Source: a virus
Direction: 5' to 3' (one strand)
Virus record (IMG/VR): IMGVR_UViG_3300020048_000014
Location: 32,001-96,000 of that record
Length of the DNA: 64,000 nt
Under the pieces are notes generated by a model. The model was not told the origin of the DNA. It did no database searches and was given only the letters and a program-made list of their open reading frames with translations. Made by a program: the position numbers and the translations under genes. Below are positions 55,321 through 64,000 of the stretch, piece after piece. Numbering within the stretch: position 1 is the stretch's first letter; the number at the start of each line of letters is the position of its first letter.

Positions 55321-57108
55321 CTAGCTCCAATTTTTACAGCTTTCCGCCTTCGCGCTTCCGGGTTTAGCATCTGAGCAGGAGTGTCTAGATCTAAATGCCT
55401 TAGCTCTTTTAGAATTCCCACCACCGACTCTTACACCTTTTTGTCCAAAATGAATTTTTTTATACGATCCATCGGGTTGTTTAGCGCATTTCATCCATTT
55501 TTTACCTTTTCTGTCACTCGATGCTTTTTTAGTTGGCCCAGTGCATTTTTCTAGAACTTCTATAAGATCGGTTTTATAATCATCTTCATCGAAAACCATT
55601 TCCAACATCAAATTATCGAAATAGTCATCAAATGATTCATTCTTAGTCGATGTCTCGTTTTCAATATTAAGTTTTAGTAATGCTGATGGTGTTTTACCTC
55701 TATCGACTAACCATGGGCGATCAACTCGCTTCTTCATTTGTTCTTTAGAAAAGTTTGACATAAGTAGTTGGTCAATTAACCCTTTGATATATGTTTTTGT
55801 GTTTGGATTCGTCCACTCTGCTTTACTCTCTTCATTATTTGGTGATATTTTATCTAGTAAAGCCATTAACTCTCCTTGTGTAGCATCACTTTGATCGGTA
55901 TCTAGTTTATCAAGAGCTATAGGGGTCTTATCTGATGATCTGAGTGAACTATATATTCTAGCAAGAACCATAAATGGGAGCTTGTTGAAGTCTCTCATAG
56001 TCGTGATGTTGACATTTTTATCCAATGCTCTTCCAGTATCGAATTCTTTGTCCCTATAATCACGCTCGAACCTAGCAAGATATCCAAGAATAGGATTAAT
56101 ATTCTCATCATCTGATGCCAATGCTTTTAATTTATTCACCGCATCTAACAAAGTTTCTATAGGGTTGTTCCAATCTACTTGATCCGGGGAAGTATTAGCT
56201 ATTTCCCCTACTTTTGTTTCATATTCTTTAGCAAGTCCCCCAGCAGTAAATTTTATAAGGTCTAAAAACCCATTTTTTGCCACACTATCAGCATTTTCAT
56301 TAGTTTCATTGATTTGATTGATACGATCATAGAGTAATTCAAGTTCTTCTGTGGTTTTTTTCAGTTTATCTTCCCACTTAACCATCTTTTCCCCAATATC
56401 GAACACTTTAGCTTTGATTTTTTCAACATCCTCGGGCTTCATCATCGCCTGATCGTAGCGATCTCTTTTTTTAGTTAACATTGTCGCCAATTCGCTAACA
56501 GTCTGTTCGATTTTACCTTTTTGTTTTTGACTCTTCGCTCTTGCTTTTTGAAGAATTAAGGTATTGATATTAGCTTCAATGGTAGATATGTCAATCTCCA
56601 TTTTATTTTTTTCTGATGGTGGTAGCTGCGTGCGATTGATGATTTTATTCTTTTGATCAAGCTCATCCCTCATACCAGTCAAGTCACTTCTATACTTGGT
56701 TTGATTCCGTTCAAGTTTTTCTAGTTGGTTCTCTTCGTCATATTTTTCAATACCACCTTCTCCACCTATACCTCTAATATTTTTATAGGAATCGCGGGAT
56801 TCGTTAAATCGTTTAGTGATCTTCTGAACTTGTTTATCGAAGAATGGGTCATTGAAAAGTAACCTAAATGATGTTAACATACTTTTCCATATTTTAGATT
56901 CATCAGAAAAACCAGATTTACCTTTATTTTGTGATGGATTATATTCCCAGCGATCCAAATTCTTCTGAAGTTCAAAGTTATCAGACTTACCAATAGGACC
57001 AGAAACAATACCCGCTGGTCCTTCTCTATTTTGTACAGAGAAGAATCGTGCTCCGGGTTGTTCATTTTTAGCTTCGGACAGAATTTTAACAAGTTTTTCG
57101 AACTTCAT
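55321..57108 (-). CDS. coiled-coil late protein with C-terminal Cys/Lys-rich domain
   Basis: Long heptad region; C-terminal KKIHFGQKG...AFRSRHSC...SCKNW. Confidence 0.7.
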   Translation of the reverse strand: MKFEKLVKILSEAKNEQPGARFFSVQNREGPAGIVSGPIGKSDNFELQKNLDRWEYNPSQNKGKSGFSDESKIWKSMLTSFRLLFNDPFFDKQVQKITKRFNESRDSYKNIRGIGGEGGIEKYDEENQLEKLERNQTKYRSDLTGMRDELDQKNKIINRTQLPPSEKNKMEIDISTIEANINTLILQKARAKSQKQKGKIEQTVSELATMLTKKRDRYDQAMMKPEDVEKIKAKVFDIGEKMVKWEDKLKKTTEELELLYDRINQINETNENADSVAKNGFLDLIKFTAGGLAKEYETKVGEIANTSPDQVDWNNPIETLLDAVNKLKALASDDENINPILGYLARFERDYRDKEFDTGRALDKNVNITTMRDFNKLPFMVLARIYSSLRSSDKTPIALDKLDTDQSDATQGELMALLDKISPNNEESKAEWTNPNTKTYIKGLIDQLLMSNFSKEQMKKRVDRPWLVDRGKTPSALLKLNIENETSTKNESFDDYFDNLMLEMVFDEDDYKTDLIEVLEKCTGPTKKASSDRKGKKWMKCAKQPDGSYKKIHFGQKGVRVGGGNSKRAKAFRSRHSCSDAKPGSAKAESCKNWS

Positions 57109-57144
57109 AAGTATATTTAATAGTTCTTACTAAATACTACTATC

Positions 57145-57711
57145 ATGGGATTAAAATTTGATAAAATTTTCGAAAGTGTCGTGTCTCGCTATACCGTGGG
57201 AGGTTTTTTACCCGGAGATCTGGTAAAATTTCGACCAGATTATAAGAGCTGTGATTGTTACAAAGCAATGCACTCAACTATGAAGCAAGAACTTGATGAA
57301 TTAGTCAAATCTGGATTGAATATTAAGGTCGTTCAAGTTGGTGATAAGTTATCTGGTGTTTCTGCTGGCAATCAACACAAGACTGCTGATAATGCTGTCA
57401 TTACTATTGCTGGTGATCAAGGTGGTGGTCGTTATTATTGCACTATTACGGTTAAGCCTGAAATGATCGATGTCGTGGATACAAATAATCCAAACCCTGA
57501 AGTTCCTGAACAATTCTATCGAGATGATAGTAAGTATATGTCTGGAAAAGCAGAAGAGTATGTTGCTGACATGCAAAATATTACTCGCCTTACCGATAAA
57601 GGCAATAAAAAGAATACTCCGACTAATTTAAAGCTGGCTGGTGAATCTACTCTAATTACTAAAGATAATAATACTCTTGGCGACATTATATCAGAAATGT
57701 ATCAGAGCTAA
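57145..57711 (+). CDS. hypothetical late protein
   Basis: TAAATA upstream; GGFLPGDLVKF. Confidence 0.75.
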   Translation: MGLKFDKIFESVVSRYTVGGFLPGDLVKFRPDYKSCDCYKAMHSTMKQELDELVKSGLNIKVVQVGDKLSGVSAGNQHKTADNAVITIAGDQGGGRYYCTITVKPEMIDVVDTNNPNPEVPEQFYRDDSKYMSGKAEEYVADMQNITRLTDKGNKKNTPTNLKLAGESTLITKDNNTLGDIISEMYQS

Positions 57712-57715
57712 TTAC

Positions 57716-58816
57716 ATGAAATCTATCGAGAATAATAACATATTTCAACTATATGTTGAAAGCGTTAATCCTAGTCAACCTTCACCGGAAGATCAAAAGA
57801 AGTTAGCAGACTTTTTTGTAAATTTGATTGTGAAAATTGAAAATGGTGATCAAGAGGCTCAGAGAATATTAAATCTTCCTCAAAACGAATTGATGCAATA
57901 TATCGAATCGTCTAAAGAAAATGTTCAGACTGAAGCATTCGAAAATATTCGAAGCAGGATCGGGGGGGCATTTAGTGGTAGTGGGCCAGCGACTAAGAGA
58001 TATGAGATCTTTTTAAATTCGATTAAAAAGAAGTTGTGGGAACTCGGAGAGGATATCAAATCAACAAATGATCAGAATAATATTCAAACCTATGACGATT
58101 TAATTCAACAAATTCAACAAGTGGAACCGAACATGGTTCCTGAAGGTGGAAAATATCAAAAGAAATTATATGGTGCTGGTAAAGTTGCAAGCAAAGTTGG
58201 AAAAATCGGGGGATCTATTGTCGGTGCTGGTTTAATAGCATCGGCTCTTTCAACTATTGGTCTTCCAGCAGTTGCTATTGGTGCTATTATAGGCGGGGGT
58301 CTGAAAACTCTTAAAAACTTATCTAATACTAATATGACTCCACAAGAAAAGCTTAAAAAGGCTTTGATGGGTGCTGGACTGGGGGCTATTACTGGATATG
58401 CATTGGGAGAATTGAGAGAATTTATGTCAGATACATCAATGGATGCGGCAAGAGCAGAAGCGGATAGAATAGACCCAGATGAGCAAACCCTCAGAAGATC
58501 TCAAGAATTAATAGATCAAGGCGTTGAAGGTGTTCCAGAAACGGGAGTTACTCAAAACACATCCGGTGAAATAGATTCTACTGTAAAAGTGCGTGTGGGT
58601 TCATCGCTCCCTAATTCGGAACGATTAGCATTTACTAAAGGTAAAATGAGAGCACTACAACAATTGGCAGCACATTTAGGGACTGACACAATACGGGGCG
58701 TCACATATGACCATGTTATTGACACAAGTGGTGATATGTATGTGACTGCTACATGGTCCCAAGCATCATCGGATACAGCTAAACAAATAGCTGACACAAT
58801 GAGCAGACCCCAATGA
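57716..58816 (+). CDS. putative virion protein with Gly/Ala hydrophobic segments
   Basis: GGSIVGAGLIASALSTIGLPAVAIGAIIGGG. Confidence 0.7.
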   Translation: MKSIENNNIFQLYVESVNPSQPSPEDQKKLADFFVNLIVKIENGDQEAQRILNLPQNELMQYIESSKENVQTEAFENIRSRIGGAFSGSGPATKRYEIFLNSIKKKLWELGEDIKSTNDQNNIQTYDDLIQQIQQVEPNMVPEGGKYQKKLYGAGKVASKVGKIGGSIVGAGLIASALSTIGLPAVAIGAIIGGGLKTLKNLSNTNMTPQEKLKKALMGAGLGAITGYALGELREFMSDTSMDAARAEADRIDPDEQTLRRSQELIDQGVEGVPETGVTQNTSGEIDSTVKVRVGSSLPNSERLAFTKGKMRALQQLAAHLGTDTIRGVTYDHVIDTSGDMYVTATWSQASSDTAKQIADTMSRPQ

Positions 58817-58840
58817 TTTAACGAGGTAGACAATAATATA

Positions 58841-59140
58841 ATGAAAAATGACGACCAATTAAAAATAGCAGAACTTTATGAAGAAGGTTTCTGGGATAGA
58901 TTTAAAGCGGGTGCATCTGGGATTAAAGCTGGTGCTACAAGTCTAGTATCTGGACAAGGATATGCAAAAGCTAATCAGTCTGCTAAATTATCGAGTCTCA
59001 TGTCCGGGAAGTTAGCCTCGATAATGTCGGACATCACAAAATTCGAAACTGACATAGCAAAATACACAAAAGACCCGAATTCACCGCAAATGGCACAGAA
59101 GGTTTCTCAATTAAAACAAATTATTTCATCTTTTAACTAA
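58841..59140 (+). CDS. putative internal virion protein
   Basis: LYEEGFWDRFKAG. Confidence 0.7.
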   Translation: MKNDDQLKIAELYEEGFWDRFKAGASGIKAGATSLVSGQGYAKANQSAKLSSLMSGKLASIMSDITKFETDIAKYTKDPNSPQMAQKVSQLKQIISSFN

Positions 59141-59148
59141 ATAATACC

Positions 59149-59802
59149 ATGGCATCATACTCACAACGCGATCAACAAATGTTGACTGAAGCATACACTG
59201 TTCAACTTCTCAAGGAATCTATTCCTGATATGTCTCTTTCACAAGTTCATGCAAATTTAAATTTGATGAATGAATCAGAATTAGAATATGTCAATACTGT
59301 AATGCAAAGATTGAACGAAGCATTTTTTGGAAATATCGGAGCAGGACTCAAAGGAGTCGCTAAGGGTATTGGTCAAACTGCTGGTAATGTCGGCAGAAGT
59401 GTTGCTCAGACCGCGAGCAATGTCGGCAGTAATGTTGCTCAAACCGCTAAAAATGTCGGTAGTAATGTCGCTGGAGTTGCTAGAGGTGTCGGTCAAGCAG
59501 GTGCTCAAGTAGCGCAAAATGCCAGTGATATGTATACCACTGGTCGTGATGCTTCAAAACAAGCAGATATTTTAGCAAAAGCCACCAAATCAATCGAAGA
59601 ACTAGCATCCTATCTCCGTCAAGCAGAAGAATCTAATCTTATTGGTGTTGCTCGCGGACAGACGATGAATATGTCACTCAACAACATTATCGCAAAGTTA
59701 GAAAAAGCTCAACAAAAAGCAGGTTCAAATGCTCAAGCCTCACAATCTGGTGGTCTTGGTGCTGGAATGAGTCAAGCCTATCAACAAGGACGACAAGGTT
59801 AA
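59149..59802 (+). CDS. putative internal virion protein with 11-aa amphipathic repeats
   Basis: NEAFFGNIGAG; (N/S)VAQTAxNVG repeats. Confidence 0.7.
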   Translation: MASYSQRDQQMLTEAYTVQLLKESIPDMSLSQVHANLNLMNESELEYVNTVMQRLNEAFFGNIGAGLKGVAKGIGQTAGNVGRSVAQTASNVGSNVAQTAKNVGSNVAGVARGVGQAGAQVAQNASDMYTTGRDASKQADILAKATKSIEELASYLRQAEESNLIGVARGQTMNMSLNNIIAKLEKAQQKAGSNAQASQSGGLGAGMSQAYQQGRQG

Positions 59803-60719
59803 AGCTGTTCTAACGTCAATACACAAGCAAAGAAGTTAATCTCTTTGTCATTGACTCTACTACATTTCTCAAGGTGATCGGCAATGGTTAAAATCATTGC
59901 CTTTTTCTTTGAGTCTTCTATGGATATTTTATAGATATGATTTAGTAAATCAACTAGAAGTTGTTCCCAATCAGCATTAAAAACTTCATCGTTCTGGATG
60001 AGATATTTACGAAGACTTAAGGTATTCCCCTCTTCAATGTGTGAGCAAATCTTCACACAGACTTCGTTATTGTTGACCTTTTGAGTAATATTCAACTCGT
60101 CACCAATAACAAACTTCTGCATTTCATTGAGGCACTTTCTCAAATCTGGAAAATAAGATTTGACTAGACTCGCCAACTGTATCTTCTGCTCTTGGGATGT
60201 TTCAATACCTTCAGCTTTGAGAATATACAAACATCTTTTCAGGGCTTGTTGTATGGAAGGTTTAATATCCAATGATTGACACCTAGATTGTAAAGGTGAT
60301 GATATTTTATGCTTTTGATTACCAGTCAAAATGAATCTCGCATTGTCCGCATAAGATTCCATCATGTTTCTTAAAGCCATTTGTGAGCTATGGCTTAATC
60401 CATCTGCTTCATCCAATACAACAACCTTTATACCTCCGTCAAATGACTTCGTTTGAACGAAACCACTTATTTTTGTTCGAATCGTATCTATGCCATTTTC
60501 ATCCGATGCATTGATATACAAATAATCGCATTTCATTATATCCATTACAATTATCTGTGCCAATGTGGTCTTTCCGACACCAGCACTCCCCGTAAGTAAT
60601 AGATTTGGAATATTTTGCCCGAATGACTCGATGATTGCCCTATTCTCATCAGAAATACATAAATCATCTAATTTTTTTGGCCTCCATTTGACCCACCAGA
60701 CCCCTGTTAAATCGCTCAT
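59799..60719 (-). CDS. sliding-clamp loader subunit (gp44/RFC-like)
   Basis: WWVKWRPK, GSAGVGKTT, INASDENGID, LDEAD, LQSRC. Confidence 0.9.
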   Translation of the reverse strand: MSDLTGVWWVKWRPKKLDDLCISDENRAIIESFGQNIPNLLLTGSAGVGKTTLAQIIVMDIMKCDYLYINASDENGIDTIRTKISGFVQTKSFDGGIKVVVLDEADGLSHSSQMALRNMMESYADNARFILTGNQKHKISSPLQSRCQSLDIKPSIQQALKRCLYILKAEGIETSQEQKIQLASLVKSYFPDLRKCLNEMQKFVIGDELNITQKVNNNEVCVKICSHIEEGNTLSLRKYLIQNDEVFNADWEQLLVDLLNHIYKISIEDSKKKAMILTIADHLEKCSRVNDKEINFFACVLTLEQL

Positions 60720-61459
60720 AGTTGTCTTAGGAGAATATCACGGGTGGTCCTCTTTTGCAAGGCTCTAACGTATTCAGAGCATTCTAAAAGATCGTCGTGT
60801 GTGCCACAATCGAACCAGACTCCATCTATTTCTTGAACTGAAACATAGTCTTCATCTTTATATAATTTAATCAAGTCTACTATCTCCAATTCTCCTCTTT
60901 TGGAGGGTTTTATTCTTTTGGCTAATTTAGCAGCAGTAGAGTCAAATACATATAATCCAACCACTGCATTATCGCTTATGAAGGTATCCGGTTTTTCGAT
61001 TATTTCATCTAATTCTCCATACACATCTAAAGTCGCTACCCCATAAGCAGATGGATTCTTTACTTTATATGTGAATATAGTATTCGGTTCAGCGACAATG
61101 GGACTATTCAATAAAAACACATTATCCCCGAGTATTAGGGTCACATTATCGTTTTTGATAAATTTTTCACCTAAAATGAAAGCTTCTGCTAATCCATTTG
61201 GGGATAATTGGATCATATATTCTAGTCTGATCCCAAACTTAGAACCATCGCCAAGATATTGTAAAAATAATGTTTTTTGTAACTCTGAAGCGACAATTAT
61301 CAATATTTTAGTTATCCCCATGTCCATTAAGGTTTTTAATGGATAATAAATCATAGGTTGATTATATACCGGAAGTAATTGTTTACTAATTCCTAAAGTT
61401 AAAGGGGATAACCTACTTCCCGATCCCCCCGCTAAAATAATCGCTACTGTGTCCATCAT
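60716..61459 (-). CDS. rfbA: glucose-1-phosphate thymidylyltransferase
   Basis: ILAGGSGSRLSPLT, SKQLLPVYNQPMIYYPL, LILGDN, KPSKRGELEI, WFDCGT. Confidence 0.92.
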   Translation of the reverse strand: MMDTVAIILAGGSGSRLSPLTLGISKQLLPVYNQPMIYYPLKTLMDMGITKILIIVASELQKTLFLQYLGDGSKFGIRLEYMIQLSPNGLAEAFILGEKFIKNDNVTLILGDNVFLLNSPIVAEPNTIFTYKVKNPSAYGVATLDVYGELDEIIEKPDTFISDNAVVGLYVFDSTAAKLAKRIKPSKRGELEIVDLIKLYKDEDYVSVQEIDGVWFDCGTHDDLLECSEYVRALQKRTTRDILLRQL

Positions 61460-62352
61460 GCTGTTTGTATTCCATTAATATTGTTCATAATCATCCACAT
61501 AAAATCTGTTTCATTGTGAAAATTATATAATTTAGAAGCCTTTGTATTGTCTAATACGCAATTACTTCTGGGTGCGACGATATCTAACTCTGACATTGTG
61601 ATCCAGTGAGGATCTAATTCCTGCCATGCCCCTTCATTTCCTTCATTCAACAATGATATTACATCATACGTGGTTAAAGGGGTTGGGTTTACTACATTGT
61701 AAATATCTTGCCCAACCCACGATACCTCACTATCAATCAATGCATTTACAAAACCACCTAAATCAGGTATAAACGTCTTAGAATTCACCATATCAATCAA
61801 ATTCGGATATTTCATTATCTTACTGAGATAATTTCTAGGATTTGTTATGTCATAACAAATGGGCATTCTGATTCTAATAATTTTCAAATCTTTATATTCA
61901 CTCAGAGTTTCAAATGCGTGCTTGCTTTTACTGTAGAAACTACTCTCATCGAACATCCCAAAATTTGGAATGTCTTTTTCGGTGAAATCTTTAATATAAC
62001 CCGAATATATACATCCTGAACTAATATGTATATATTTTACTCCAATTTTATTGCAAGTATCCACTATTTGAAGTGGTGTTACAACATTAAGATCCCAACA
62101 TATATTTTTTTTACTCTCCGCTTCATCGACATTGGGTCTGCCAGTGAATCCAAAACAATTCACTACTAAATTTATACTATTGTTGAGTATAAATTTAGTT
62201 AATTCATTTTGATCGGTATAATTTAGCTCATTTTTATTTCGATAAAAAACATTATTATTTTCCGATAATGTTTTGGATAATTCTGTCCCTATATACCCCT
62301 TACCTAAGATGAGGATATTATTCAGATTCTTCGATAGATTCTTTGATGTCAT
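61456..62352 (-). CDS. NDP-4-keto-6-deoxyglucose epimerase/reductase (RmlD fold, UER1/NRS-ER-like)
   Basis: GKGYIG, GFTGRPNVD, HISSGCIY, SFYSKSK, RIRMPI, PRSNCVLD. Confidence 0.75.
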   Translation of the reverse strand: MTSKNLSKNLNNILILGKGYIGTELSKTLSENNNVFYRNKNELNYTDQNELTKFILNNSINLVVNCFGFTGRPNVDEAESKKNICWDLNVVTPLQIVDTCNKIGVKYIHISSGCIYSGYIKDFTEKDIPNFGMFDESSFYSKSKHAFETLSEYKDLKIIRIRMPICYDITNPRNYLSKIMKYPNLIDMVNSKTFIPDLGGFVNALIDSEVSWVGQDIYNVVNPTPLTTYDVISLLNEGNEGAWQELDPHWITMSELDIVAPRSNCVLDNTKASKLYNFHNETDFMWMIMNNINGIQTA

Positions 62353-62527
62353 TCAAATTAACTGTATCATTAGAATTGATGAAGTCAAATACTATTTCTG
62401 AGAATGTGTCTCCCATGGAACTTAGGGCAGCATCTTCGGTTGCATCCAACAGTTCTTGTATTTCATATATTGCATCCATTAACTTCTCTTCTTTATCTTT
62501 TAGTTTTTTCAGTAGTTTCTTACTCAT
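62318..62527 (-). CDS. small hypothetical protein
   Basis: ORF track; TAAATA upstream. Confidence 0.65.
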   Translation of the reverse strand: MSKKLLKKLKDKEEKLMDAIYEIQELLDATEDAALSSMGDTFSEIVFDFINSNDTVNLNDIKESIEESE

Positions 62528-62602
62528 TTGATCCTATTTAGTTTAAATGTGTGAATGTCAACAAAAAATATGATAATGATCCATATTATACTAAATAATC
62601 AT

Positions 62603-64000
62603 ATGAGCAATAAAAAAATCTCCGAATTGACTTCTGCATCTCAACCTTTATCCGGTAAAGAAACTGTTGTTATGAATCAGAATGGTATTACGGTTACTGC
62701 GGTGTTGAGTGCTATTAAAGTTTATACCACAGATTCTAATACTGCATTTACAAATATTAATAACAATTTTTCAGTAGGCCAAACAATATCGGGAGAGTTG
62801 TCTGCTACCGCTATTAATTTAACTGGAAGTGCTCTAAAACTGCGTAGAACTTCAACCAGTAACTCATCAATAGGATTAACAAATGTATCATTGAGCGGTG
62901 GTAATGTCAATTTATTTCTTGTAGGTAATAATGCTGGTCTTGGTGCTAATGCTAATAATTCTAATTTCTTAGGTCAGGCCGCTGGTCTTGGTGCTACTAA
63001 TGCTGGTAATTCTAATTTCTTAGGAGCGAATGCTGGTAATGGTTCTACTGGTGCTGGTAATTCTAATTTCTTAGGAGCGAATGCTGGTAATGGTGCTACT
63101 AATGCTAATAGTTCTAATTTCTTAGGTAATGCTGCTGGTTTTGGTGCTACTGATGCTAGTTTTTCTAATTTCTTAGGTGTCAATGCTGGTCTTGGTGCTC
63201 TTTCTGCTTGTCATTCTAATTTCTTAGGTGAGAATGCTGGTAATGGTGCTACTGATGCTAATAGTTCTAATTTCTTAGGTAATACTGCTGGTTTTGGTGC
63301 TACTAATGCTCACCATTCTAATTTCTTAGGTTACGGTGCTGGTGGTTATGACGCCGCCGAAGGGGGATTCGCTACTAATGCTTATTATTCTAATTTCTTA
63401 GGTTGTAATGCTGGTAATAGTGCTACTAATGCTAGTTATTCTAATTTCTTAGGTGTTAATGCTGGTAGTGGTGCTCTTAGTGCTAATAATTCTAATTTCT
63501 TAGGTTTTAATGCTGGTAGTGGTGCTACTAATGCTAATAATTCTAATTTCTTAGGTAATGGTGCTGGTATTGGTGCTACTAATGCTTGTTATTCTAATTT
63601 CTTTGGTGTTAATGCTGGTGGTTATAGTAATGCTACTTTTACCGGTGCTACTAATGCTCGTTATTCTAATTTCTTAGGTTATAATGCTGGTGTTGGTGCT
63701 ACTAATGCTTGTAATTCTAATTTCTTAGGTTACAGTGCTGGTCGGACTGCTCTTTCTGCTTGTCATTCTAATTTCTTAGGTTATGGTGCTGGTGTTGGTG
63801 CTACTTATGCTAGTTTTTCTAATTTCTTAGGTCGTGATGCTGGTAATGGTGCTACTTATGCTTGTTTTTCTAATTTCTTAGGTTTTAATGCTGGTGGTTA
63901 TAATTCCAGTGGGGGTGGGGTATTCACTACTGATGCTCATAATTCTAATTTCTTAGGACAGAATGCTGGTAGTGGTGCTTTTTGTGCTCATAATTCTAAT
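62603..64000 (+). CDS. tail fibre/adhesin-like protein with 17-aa repeats (runs off the window)
   Basis: Translated by hand: MSNKKISELTSASQPLSGKE... then 20 units of SNFLGxNAGxGATNAxx; no stop before 64000. Confidence 0.8.
   Translation, partial: MSNKKISELTSASQPLSGKETVVMNQNGITVTAVLSAIKVYTTDSNTAFTNINNNFSVGQTISGELSATAINLTGSALKLRRTSTSNSSIGLTNVSLSGGNVNLFLVGNNAGLGANANNSNFLGQAAGLGATNAGNSNFLGANAGNGSTGAGNSNFLGANAGNGATNANSSNFLGNAAGFGATDASFSNFLGVNAGLGALSACHSNFLGENAGNGATDANSSNFLGNTAGFGATNAHHSNFLGYGAGGYDAAEGGFATNAYYSNFLGCNAGNSATNASYSNFLGVNAGSGALSANNSNFLGFNAGSGATNANNSNFLGNGAGIGATNACYSNFFGVNAGGYSNATFTGATNARYSNFLGYNAGVGATNACNSNFLGYSAGRTALSACHSNFLGYGAGVGATYASFSNFLGRDAGNGATYACFSNFLGFNAGGYNSSGGGVFTTDAHNSNFLGQNAGSGAFCAHNSN
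62960..64000 (+). repeat. 51-nt tandem coding repeat, 20 units
   Basis: TCTAATTTCTTAGG core every 51 nt, with 72/72/75-nt units after units 8, 13 and 18. Confidence 0.95.

Noticed and set aside
2237-62531. Numerous short (60-130 aa) opposite-strand ORFs in the track
   Set aside because: They fully overlap well-supported genes, lack either promoter motif and show no family motifs.
62722-63183. Minus-strand ORFs with KKLEL repeats
   Set aside because: Shadows of the + strand fibre gene.
62960-64000. CRISPR array or DGR variable region
   Set aside because: The repeats are in frame with no unique spacers. Variable codons are often NNT, but changes also hit non-adenine positions (act to ctt; cag, gcg, gag), and no reverse transcriptase or template repeat is in the window.
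1-64000. Alternative genetic code (TGA/TAG recoding)
   Set aside because: Terminase, sheath, NAMPT-like and other long genes are uninterrupted in the standard code, and coding density is already high.

Overview
This window is part of a large, AT-rich T4-like (myovirus) phage genome read in the standard genetic code. The left ~28 kb is almost all minus-strand early/middle genes: rIIA, a pyrimidine-dimer glycosylase, a PRPP-synthetase-like + NAMPT-like pair (candidate NARP1 NAD+ rebuilding), two RNA ligases, Pnk, a 2H phosphoesterase, Pth2, a macrodomain, several phosphoesterases, four YopX paralogues and an antisense LAGLIDADG endonuclease. These genes are driven by 16 copies of one rigid promoter motif, TAAA(A)CACTA-N3-TAnnnT-N6/7-ATG, implying mostly leaderless mRNAs. 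The right ~36 kb is the virion module: lysozyme, baseplate, tail tube and sheath, gp3, terminase, gp14, gp6, gp25, putative capsid-packaged internal proteins, clamp loader, dTDP-sugar enzymes and a repeat-rich fibre, mostly behind TAAATA late-type motifs. The most striking signal is non-coding. A ~225-nt RNA next to tRNA-Thr rebuilds the 23S rRNA GTPase-associated centre (L11-binding helices 43/44) with compensatory base changes. A second ~450-nt structured RNA follows a coiled-coil gene. All family calls come from motif recognition by eye; no searches were run, so novelty is unverified.
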